Shown: piece after piece, positions 1 through 7,389 of the stretch
How positions within the stretch are numbered: position 1 is the stretch's first letter
Layout: the number at the start of each line of letters is the position of its first letter
DNA from: Cyanobacteria bacterium J06626_4
GTDB taxonomy: Bacteria; Cyanobacteriota; Cyanobacteriia; Phormidesmidales; Phormidesmidaceae
DNA: 22,095 nt
Assembly (NCBI GenBank): GCA_038523235.1
Contig: JBCBJQ010000100.1
Span: forward strand, 1 to 22,095
Direction: 5' to 3'
Translations under genes and position numbers: made by a program
The notes under the pieces: generated by a model
Databases searched by the model: none
The model's input: only the letters and a program-made list of their open reading frames with translations
What the model was told of the DNA's origin: nothing

Positions 1-86
1 ATTCATCAGGGGAACGGCTGGTGATGCAGCCTTGTGAACCCCTCTAGAATACGGCAATAAATTTAATTTCCAAAGTATTTAGCAGC

Positions 87-191
87 TTAGGTAGAAAAAT
101 TTCAGCCTAAGCCTACTGAAAAGGGACTTAGGTGGATGAGCGTCAGCCTAACACGCCAATTTGGGTGATTAGGGAGAACGTTTCTGCCTAA
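87..191. repeat. Array 1 of palindromic units (TTAGGTRGA-N5/6-TCAGCCTAA), 3 units, 41-bp period
   Basis: Units: 87-110 TTAGGTAGA-aaaatt-TCAGCCTAA; 128-151 TTAGGTGGA-tgagcg-TCAGCCTAA; 169-191 TTAGGGAGA-acgtt-TCTGCCTAA. Each gap is exactly 17 bp. The third unit extends into a 12-bp inverted repeat TGGGTGATTAGG/CCTAATCACCCA (162-173/187-198). Function unknown. Confidence 0.85.
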
Positions 192-693
192 TCACCCACG
201 GTTCTACACCAAAACGTCACTACGACTAGAGCCGCTTCTCACCTCAAGTGTGCAAGGATTTTCGGGCCTGATGTGCCAGTTGCCCAGATTCACTAACTTA
301 TCTTTGGACTATTTATGTCGGATCACGGTGTGTGCCAGTTGGCGGAAATGCCTGGAATTGTGTTGTCCGACTTCGTAGCATTCCATGGGCCGCTATCCCT
401 GGCTCCTTGTTGGATAGCGATATTTTTATGGGTTTGATTAGTTGCTTAACAGGGCAGCGGTTCAAGGGTGAGATCGCAAGATGGCTGCATATCAGAGCAA
501 CGTTTCAAGGGTGAGATCTCAATGTGACTGCCTCGACGACGCAACCAACTAAAAAACCTCAGCAGGTACTAAGGGCTAGGAGCTTTTTTAGTCGCTCCCA
601 TGATGCCCAACTTACAGACAGAGTATCTGCCGTGAAAGACAAACATGCATGCAACAGACTATGCGACGCAAATTGTCCTAAACTTGTGGCGCT

Positions 694-1548
694 ATGGTGT
701 CAATGAGGAAACAGACCTTGGTACATCCCCCTCAACCTCGCCACTCAATAAACGGTGTTACCATCAACCAATTTGAGTATCGCGAAAGCGGCATACTTAA
801 CCAGCCACCGGCCAGCAGCGATCAGGTGAGTGTGGTTGTTGCAGGAACCAATTACATGACGCGCCAGATGGGTGACGTGCGTTCATCTGGGCTGCTAAAG
901 CCTAGTGATGTGACGATTGTGCCACGCGAAACGGCATCTACATGGATGCCGCGTGTCGAGGAGCATAGCCGAGTCCTGCACCTCACTTTTTTAGCTGAGG
1001 CTTGGTCAGATTTGTCAGATGAGCTGAGTTGTAAACCAGAGCAGCTCCAGTTTAAGTGCGATTTTGCAACGCCCGATCCGCTATTGATGCAACTTGTCTT
1101 AGCACTGTTCACCGCTCAGAACAGGCAAACTCAAGAGATGAGACTCTACTTGGAGTCACTCTCGCTGTCCTTGAAATTACATGTTCTGAGATTCTATACA
1201 AACAGCACCGATGTTTATGACAACATCACGAATCAAACCACTGCACGCTTTAGCCAAGCGCTTGGTTATATTCGGGACAACCTTTCAGCTGACCTGTCGC
1301 TAGCAAAGTTAGCAAGCTTAGAAGGATTGAGTGTTTACCATTTTTCACGTACGTTTCGGGCTGAAACTGGGTTATCACCACGGCAATTTATCATTAACGA
1401 ACGGGTGAGTCGTGCCAAGCGTTTTCTGAAGTCTAGCTTGTCGATTTCAGAGGTTGCACAACGGGTTGGGTTTGCCAATCAAAGTCATTTTACTCACTAC
1501 TTTAAGCGGGTGACTGGGCAAACGCCTAACCAGTTCCGTAACAGCTAG
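694..1548 (+). CDS. AraC/XylS family transcriptional regulator
   Basis: C-terminal double HTH: LSLAKLASLEGLSVYHFSRTFRAETGLSPRQFI...SISEVAQRVGFANQSHFTHYFKRVTGQTPNQFR. Cupin-like N-terminus. The start could be ATG 703. Confidence 0.95.
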   Translation: MVSMRKQTLVHPPQPRHSINGVTINQFEYRESGILNQPPASSDQVSVVVAGTNYMTRQMGDVRSSGLLKPSDVTIVPRETASTWMPRVEEHSRVLHLTFLAEAWSDLSDELSCKPEQLQFKCDFATPDPLLMQLVLALFTAQNRQTQEMRLYLESLSLSLKLHVLRFYTNSTDVYDNITNQTTARFSQALGYIRDNLSADLSLAKLASLEGLSVYHFSRTFRAETGLSPRQFIINERVSRAKRFLKSSLSISEVAQRVGFANQSHFTHYFKRVTGQTPNQFRNS

Positions 1549-1586
1549 CACGCCCTAACTCTCCCGGCTAAACTGTTCGACAACAG

Positions 1587-2948
1587 TCACGCTCCACCGA
1601 CGGCCACCAGTACACCGTTTAGATCTCGGATCCGTGCGACACGTCCTCCCCAAGACTGTGGCTCGGGCGCATTGATCGACGTTGCCCCAGCCTCGACGGC
1701 TGCTGCGTAAACCTTGTCGATATCGGACACACTGAACGCAAGATGGAAACCGCTGGGCTTATCTTCTAGGCGGTTAGTTGTAAAGTCGCCATATTTCGAC
1801 TGTTCAACGTGTTCGCTAGTAAATGCCAATATTGTTGTGCCAGCCAATAGCTCTGCATAAACATTGCCCTCGGCCATAAACTTTACGTCTAAATCAAAGA
1901 TGTCTCGATACCAATGGACGGTTTGTTGTACGTCTAACACATGAATCATCGTATGCGTCAGTGACGTTTGGTTTTGACCTGCATCCGATGATGCGGCGCG
2001 GCCCAGTGCTGCACGGATAACGCTCACCTGTTCATTCTGGGACCGTTGTGAGATCTGTGCGCCGGGCGTCTGGTCAAAGCCGTGAAACGTACCGGCATAG
2101 TTGTGCAACTCAACGGGAATCCCGTGTTCCATGAGCTTGATTGCGTATTGAATCCCCTCATCCCGTAGGGGATCAAATTCGGCGGTCCAGATGTATGCGG
2201 ACGGTAATTGGCTAAAGTCGGTGGCATTAAGTGGAGAGGCATAAACCGAAATGGATTCAGCCGAATTCTCACCCAAATAATATCGCCACATATTGACGGT
2301 AGCATCGTACGTCCAGTTTGGTGTGTTGTTGAAGGCTTTAACCGAGCCTGTCACCATACGATGATCTGTTACCGGGAATCCCATAAATTGAAATCTAATT
2401 GGCGGACCCCCTCGATCGCGCGACATTAGACACAACGCAGCTGCAAGCCCTCCTCCTGCACTTGTTCCACCCACAGCCAGCCGTGTGATATCAGCGTCTA
2501 ACAATTCAGCTTGCTTGGTCACCCATAGCAACGCTGAGTAACAATCTTCAGCACCTGCTGGAAATGGATGTTCGGGTGCAAGTCGATAATCGACAGATAC
2601 AGCTAGGCAACCCGCGTCTCGCGCGATCATTACACAGCGTGCATGTTCCGTTTCTAAATTGCCCAACATAAACCCACCCCAGTGAAAGAAGAGCATCACG
2701 GGTAAAGATTCGGTTGCATCGCTAGGTCGATAAGTGCGGACAGGAATTTTGTGATGGGCATCTGTCTCAAAGGATGGAATCATCAGGTCTTCAATGTCTA
2801 CGCCGCTGGTGTCAACGGGCGGCATAAACTTTTGCATCATGGCAATTCCCTGACGGGCGAGGGCAACATCGCTATTATCAATCGGCGGCATGTACTGAAC
2901 AGATTGAGCAAGTTCAGTGTCCAGTAGATTTGGTGAATATGGCTTCAT
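1587..2948 (-). CDS. HSL-family (Abhydrolase_3) esterase/lipase fused to a C-terminal VOC/glyoxalase domain
   Basis: Esterase motifs: FFHWGGF (oxyanion), VDYRLAPEHPFP, GTSAGG nucleophile, EFDPLRDEG, HGF. The last ~125 aa (HTMIHVLDVQQTVHWYRDIF...FHLAFSVSDIDKVYAAAVEAGA...PQSWGGRVARIRDLNG) form a typical VOC fold. Confidence 0.9.
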   Translation of the reverse strand: MKPYSPNLLDTELAQSVQYMPPIDNSDVALARQGIAMMQKFMPPVDTSGVDIEDLMIPSFETDAHHKIPVRTYRPSDATESLPVMLFFHWGGFMLGNLETEHARCVMIARDAGCLAVSVDYRLAPEHPFPAGAEDCYSALLWVTKQAELLDADITRLAVGGTSAGGGLAAALCLMSRDRGGPPIRFQFMGFPVTDHRMVTGSVKAFNNTPNWTYDATVNMWRYYLGENSAESISVYASPLNATDFSQLPSAYIWTAEFDPLRDEGIQYAIKLMEHGIPVELHNYAGTFHGFDQTPGAQISQRSQNEQVSVIRAALGRAASSDAGQNQTSLTHTMIHVLDVQQTVHWYRDIFDLDVKFMAEGNVYAELLAGTTILAFTSEHVEQSKYGDFTTNRLEDKPSGFHLAFSVSDIDKVYAAAVEAGATSINAPEPQSWGGRVARIRDLNGVLVAVGGA

Positions 2949-3112
2949 TGAGTGCTCCTTTGTCGTCAGGCAGTTGCCGCAGTTGAGTTGTCGCTAGAGG
3001 TTATGGCTAGCGTCATATAGGCAAGGTCACAAAGTACCTGCTCCTACTTAGCACAGCCACCTATGGGCTCCCAGCCTTGTCTTAGCAGAACTGGTGGCGG
3101 CTATAAAGCAAC

Positions 3113-3177
3113 AGTGTAAGGTGGTCTAGAAGCACGGTCTTTCAATAATGTGCTGTACTTTTTGCTAATTCTTGCTG
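3113..3177 (-). promoter_or_regulatory. Putative AraC-dependent promoter of the esterase-VOC gene
   Basis: On the minus strand, CAGCAAGAATTAGCAAAAAGTA and CAGCACATTATTGAAAGAC start 22 bp apart (tandem direct repeats, as for AraC-family sites overlapping the -35). A -10-like TACACT follows at 3118-3113. The assignment to the adjacent AraC is inference. Confidence 0.45.
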
Positions 3178-3366
3178 TGGCATCAACATGGCCTGAGCAA
3201 ACAATGTTCGCTATAGCAACCTACACAAATAGTCGGACTGGGTGCGGTGCAACGCCAAAGGCAAACACTTTATTGTCACCGTTCGACGATTCACCCTTGC
3301 CTAAGAACTGAGGTGTCTCAAAGTAAACGCTACAGTTTTCAAGTTAGACGGGGTTTAACAACGTTA

Positions 3367-3511
3367 TTAGAGGGAAAGTTTCCACCTAAGGTTCTGATAT
3401 GGGATCTTAGGTGGAAAATTGTCAACTTAAGATCCTGTCTGAGGTAAATGGGTGGAAATTCGTCAGCCTAATACCTTGATATGGGTGATTGGGTAGACGC
3501 ATTCAGTATAA
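3367..3511. repeat. Array 2 of palindromic units, 4 units, 40-41-bp period, homologous to array 1
   Basis: Units: 3367-3389 TTAGAGGGA-aagtt-TCCACCTAA; 3407-3430 TTAGGTGGA-aaattg-TCAACTTAA; 3448-3471 ATGGGTGGA-aattcg-TCAGCCTAA; 3489-3511 TTGGGTAGA-cgcat-TCAGTATAA. All gaps are 17 bp. A perfect 12-bp inverted repeat TTTCCACCTAAG/CTTAGGTGGAAA spans the first gap. Confidence 0.85.
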
Positions 3512-3674
3512 GCAACCTCTCAAACCCTGGCTCTCCTGGGCTCACGTTGATAGTGAAAGTGGCTAAGTCTTGAAATCCAAGCAATGCAGGACTGGAGAAA
3601 AGCGGAATATATTGCTGGATATAGTTTTAACCCCAATTCCAGGAGAGCCGTGGGGATTGTGTTCAATCCGTAAT

Positions 3675-4862
3675 TTACGAGGTGAGCTGCTGTTGTAGGC
3701 GATCGCAGTCCACACCGCATGTTTGCAACACGTGCATCGCCAGGCCGCCCCCCGTTTCGCCTTCTTGCAAAATGCCGAGCAGCAGATGCTGCGGGGTAAT
3801 CTGATCGTCTCTCTGCCGTTGCGCTTGCTTAGCGGCCAGTTCCAAGACGCGGTTAGTGCGGGGGGTAAATGGAATTTCGGCGGGAATTTCGGCCGGTGGC
3901 ACGGTGTGGTTGGCTAACCAGTCGCGAATCAGGGTTTCGGCGGTGGCAAAGTCCACGCCTTGCTCTCCCAGAGCTTGGGCTGCCACACTCGTTTCCACCG
4001 CGAGCAGTCCTAGCAGTAGACCTTCAGTCCCCAAAAAGTTGAGTTGCAACTCGCGCATGGCTGCTTGCCCTTGGGTCAGCACCGCATAGGTTTCTGGCGC
4101 TAAGCGACCCAGCGCAAACCCCACCAACTCTTCCCGCACCGACAGCTCTTCCCGCATCGACAGCATCGCCACCGCTTTGAGAATGTATTCCATCGTTGGC
4201 CCATCTAGGGTGCCTCGGCTCGCCGCTTCGGCCCCTTCTTGTTGGTAAAGCCGCATCAGCGCTTCGTAGAACTGGAGGTCGCCACCGACCAGGGAGAGGA
4301 GGCCGTCCCGCCACTGCCCCGCCATTTGCTGGACCTCCGGATCGTTGAGGTCACGCCCCTCGGCTCGATACGATCGCACTTGGGTTAGAAACTGCTGCAA
4401 TTCGGCCTGCTGGTCTTGATTGAGACGACCTTCGAGTAAATCGTGCTGTTCTTGGGTCAAATATTGCTGGGTCATGGTAATCGTTTCCATGGTGGTAATC
4501 AGGTCTGCAACCGCAACGGACTGAGAGCTTTGGAGCTGTTGAGCTAGCTGGCTGAGCTGGGTGAAGAGCGATCGCGACACCGCCATCTGCTCTTGCAGGC
4601 GCGCTAGATGTAGGTCAATCACTTGCGGCAGGGAAAATTCGGGATTCTCCAGGCACGCGCGAATCTCCTTGAGCGCAAACCCTAACTGCCGTAGCGATAA
4701 GATCTGCTGGAGGCGAATGATGTCTTCATCGCCATACAGCCGATGATCGGCCTCGGTACGATGGGAAGGCACCAGGAGTCCAATTTCGTCGTAGTAATGC
4801 AACGTGCGAACCGAGAGTCCGGTTTGTTTGGCCAGTTCACCAATTTTTAAGTGGCTAGACAT
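3675..4862 (-). CDS. MerR family (TipA/Mta-like) regulator with TipAS-like middle domain and C-terminal Clp N-terminal (Clp repeat) domain
   Basis: MerR HTH: LKIGELAKQTGLSVRTLHYYDEIGLLVPSHRTEADHRLY. TipAS-like segment: DLNDPEVQQMAGQWRD...YEALMRLY. Two Clp repeats: FLGTEGLLLGLL and IPFTPRTNRVLELAAKQA...ITPQHLLLGIL. Confidence 0.9.
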   Translation of the reverse strand: MSSHLKIGELAKQTGLSVRTLHYYDEIGLLVPSHRTEADHRLYGDEDIIRLQQILSLRQLGFALKEIRACLENPEFSLPQVIDLHLARLQEQMAVSRSLFTQLSQLAQQLQSSQSVAVADLITTMETITMTQQYLTQEQHDLLEGRLNQDQQAELQQFLTQVRSYRAEGRDLNDPEVQQMAGQWRDGLLSLVGGDLQFYEALMRLYQQEGAEAASRGTLDGPTMEYILKAVAMLSMREELSVREELVGFALGRLAPETYAVLTQGQAAMRELQLNFLGTEGLLLGLLAVETSVAAQALGEQGVDFATAETLIRDWLANHTVPPAEIPAEIPFTPRTNRVLELAAKQAQRQRDDQITPQHLLLGILQEGETGGGLAMHVLQTCGVDCDRLQQQLTS

Positions 4863-4909
4863 GAATCCCCTCAGTGCCTGTTTCTCAAAGGATTGCGGTT
4901 GATGCTGGC

Positions 4910-4940
4910 ATCCTAGACCCTGACGTTACGTGAGGTTCAA
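4910..4940 (-). promoter_or_regulatory. MerR-type promoter/operator with 19-bp spacer
   Basis: Minus strand: -35 TTGAAC (4940-4935), 19-bp spacer CTCACGTAACGTCAGGGTC carrying the dyad CCTCACGT-A-ACGTCAGG, then -10 TAGGAT (4915-4910), about 48 bp upstream of the MerR ATG. This is the known TipA/Mta operator architecture. Confidence 0.9.
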
Positions 4941-5012
4941 GGGGGTAAGACCAGCATGTTTAGGGATCGGACATTCGCGTTGAGCGGTATAACTTTGCAG
5001 CTCCATCCGTGC

Positions 5013-5303
5013 CTATTTTGAGGGCGCCGCGACACTACCGGCTAAGATGCCACCATCGACGTTCAGCTCGATGCCCGTCACATATTTCGCTTCATCGCTG
5101 GCTAAGTACAGCGCGGCATAGGCCACCTCTTCTGGGATAGCCCTTTTCAGCGCAATACAGGGCAACTGATGTGGTGTGATTACGGACGGCAGCTTTACTC
5201 GATGCATAAGCCACGACTGCTGGTATTCCCACTAATCCTGATCGCGAGGAGATATTCACAATACTGCCCCTGTCCGCGCGATTTTTCCTTCCACTCTTCG
5301 CAT
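5013..5303 (-). pseudogene. SDR oxidoreductase pseudogene, paralog of 10426-11226, with two internal deletions
   Basis: Three retained blocks: MRRVEGKIA (vs MPRVEGKIA); [44 protein letters not shown]; and [39 protein letters not shown]. About 376 bp and 134 bp are missing relative to the 801-bp copy (801-510=291). The frame from the ATG stops after 15 codons. Confidence 0.92.
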
Positions 5304-5468
5304 GGGCTTTCCATAACTTATTTGGGGTGAACCTCATCAAGGTAATGGGCGATCGCCTCGTCGAACATAGGAAAAGTGATCGATAAAACCCGAGATTATT
5401 GTTAATCCCCGATGTTGGCGGCCTGCAAACGTTACAGTGGGCACCGCCTGCCCTACTGGGCGGCTACT

Positions 5469-7121
5469 TTACCTTTCGAGCCAGCTGATCGAGTCGGCCA
5501 ACGAGAGGGCGCGGATGAAGGAAAGTTCGAGCGGTGGACGGCTGATGGTTTGGATATAGCTAGCGCTGAGATACGGTCGATACTCATCGTGATGGGCAAT
5601 GTAGGTTTGCATAAAGGCTAGGCTGCTCGCCTTGAAGTATTGGCGGGCCAAGAGCGGGTCAGGGCCTTCTAAGCCCTCGGGCAACGTCAAGGTGTCGTAG
5701 GTGGAAGCATCAAGCGCCCCATAAATATGAGTGCCGCCTTGAATGACCATGAGATATTTGTCGTTTCCTTCCAACCAGGCAAACGGGCGAATCTGTTCTA
5801 AAAGTGCCGGTGCCAGGGGGTCATCACTGCCAGCGACTAACAAAGTTGGGACTTGCATTTGCCGCAAACCTTCGGGGCCAAACAGGCCGCTTCCAATCGC
5901 ATTCATGGTGAAAACGGCTTTGATGCGCTCGTCTCGAAGGGACCGAAAAGCGCTATCTTCCAACCGTAGAGCGGTGCATTGAAGCAACAGCGAAAAATTA
6001 ACTAAGTCGGGGCCGTTAGTGTCGAAAGCGCAGGCGGTTTGGAGCTGTTCAAGATCAAATTCTGCGCCCGCGAGGGCAAGCGCTGTATATCCGCCAAAGG
6101 AATGGCCAATCATACCAACCTGCTGCAGGTTAAAGCGGACAGATTCGGCAGAATTGACTTGGTTAAATCGTTCTAGTTCGTCCAGCAGAAAGGAAACGTC
6201 TCGAGGGATATGAATAAATTCCTCTGGGTTAACCACCTCGCTAGCATTTCCTTGCAACAGGCTTTGTAGCTGTTGGCTGCTGATACCCGAGTTGTTTAGC
6301 AGGATCACCCCAAAGCCATGACTGGCTAGATGCTGCGCCAGATCGACAAAGCTCGTGCGATCGGCCCCCAAACCGTGGGAAATCACCACCACCGGAACCG
6401 ATTGAGAAGGTGGAGCCTGTGGTTGATAGAGTTCTGCAGTCACAGCGCGATCGCGACTCTGATCGTACAAATTCCAGAGTTCTGACCGCCACGGGACAAC
6501 ACCGGGCTGCTTTAAATCATCGTATTGAGTGAAATCAACGGCTGCTTCTATCTTTATCTCTAAAGCCGACTGCTGATCGATTAACGCGATCGCCTGCTCA
6601 GTTTGTTCGACTAGTTGAGCAGCGGCTCCGGCAACTCGCAGGGTCTGGAGTCCGTCAACCCGCACGGTTGGCGTCGGAAACTGCTGCAGTACATTTAAGA
6701 GGGTCAAGCCCTCGGCATCAGCCGCCGCGAGTACCACTGCTGAGCGCAACGCATAGAAGCCATTGAGCCGAGAATCTGTCTGGATAAGATTGCCTAAGTA
6801 CTGCAGTAAAACCTCTCCTGAAGTCGAGTAAAGAAACTGCGAAAGCGTGGCGGGGCTTACCTCCATCGGAGTGAGTAGGATTTCTTGCAGCTCTTTGCGC
6901 GCTTCTACACTCGCGCTCCGTAGATAAGAATCAAGGTCGTCATCAACCTGACCTTCTCGCGCAAATGCTTCTAAAGAGTCAATCGGAATTGCAACTTCCA
7001 GAAAGCCGTAGGATAAGACAACTCGTTCAGCAGCCGATGAGGGTAGCGCCATTAAGCCGACTGATAGGCTGCCCAACAAAGTTCCCAAAGCGCAACGCAG
7101 ACAGGACCTATACGTAACCAT
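5469..7121 (-). CDS. Secreted alpha/beta hydrolase with N-terminal DUF1400-type domain (cyanobacterial)
   Basis: Signal-like N-terminus ending ALPSSAAERVVLSYG; VVISHGLG; GHSFGG nucleophile elbow; AGSDD acid; GGTH His. ATG 7121 is preferred over TTG 7136. Confidence 0.88.
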   Translation of the reverse strand: MVTYRSCLRCALGTLLGSLSVGLMALPSSAAERVVLSYGFLEVAIPIDSLEAFAREGQVDDDLDSYLRSASVEARKELQEILLTPMEVSPATLSQFLYSTSGEVLLQYLGNLIQTDSRLNGFYALRSAVVLAAADAEGLTLLNVLQQFPTPTVRVDGLQTLRVAGAAAQLVEQTEQAIALIDQQSALEIKIEAAVDFTQYDDLKQPGVVPWRSELWNLYDQSRDRAVTAELYQPQAPPSQSVPVVVISHGLGADRTSFVDLAQHLASHGFGVILLNNSGISSQQLQSLLQGNASEVVNPEEFIHIPRDVSFLLDELERFNQVNSAESVRFNLQQVGMIGHSFGGYTALALAGAEFDLEQLQTACAFDTNGPDLVNFSLLLQCTALRLEDSAFRSLRDERIKAVFTMNAIGSGLFGPEGLRQMQVPTLLVAGSDDPLAPALLEQIRPFAWLEGNDKYLMVIQGGTHIYGALDASTYDTLTLPEGLEGPDPLLARQYFKASSLAFMQTYIAHHDEYRPYLSASYIQTISRPPLELSFIRALSLADSISWLER

Positions 7122-7389
7122 GAATAAACGCCTCAATCGTCGAAAATTAAAAGATCAAATTTTTGTCACTGCGCTTGACCGCAGTGCCGGGGAGTTGAGC
7201 GTGCCGCATCATCAATTGATGCCAGCGGGTTAACCGCTGACGCATCGTGGTCGGATTAGTGATTGGCGTTAGTAGATGGGGATGGCGATAAAGTAGCCGG
7301 ATACCGGCTGAGCTGTTGGCCTGATGGCGGACTGGCTCACCAGCGTGTCTATGGGGAACGGATAGAGTGCGATCGCGAGCGGTCGTTAG

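Noticed and set aside
87..191. The 41-bp-period arrays as mini-CRISPR arrays (also 3367-3511)
   Set aside because: The 17-bp gaps are too short for spacers and partly conserved (TGGGTGA), the repeats vary in their centres, and no cas genes are in the window.
332..706. Short ORFs 332-514 and 524-706 (and 3247-3447)
   Set aside because: GTG starts, no motifs, and 3247-3447 runs through the repeat array; probably spurious.
5013..5340. ORFs 5013-5207 and 5092-5340 as independent genes
   Set aside because: They are frames running through the deleted SDR pseudogene.
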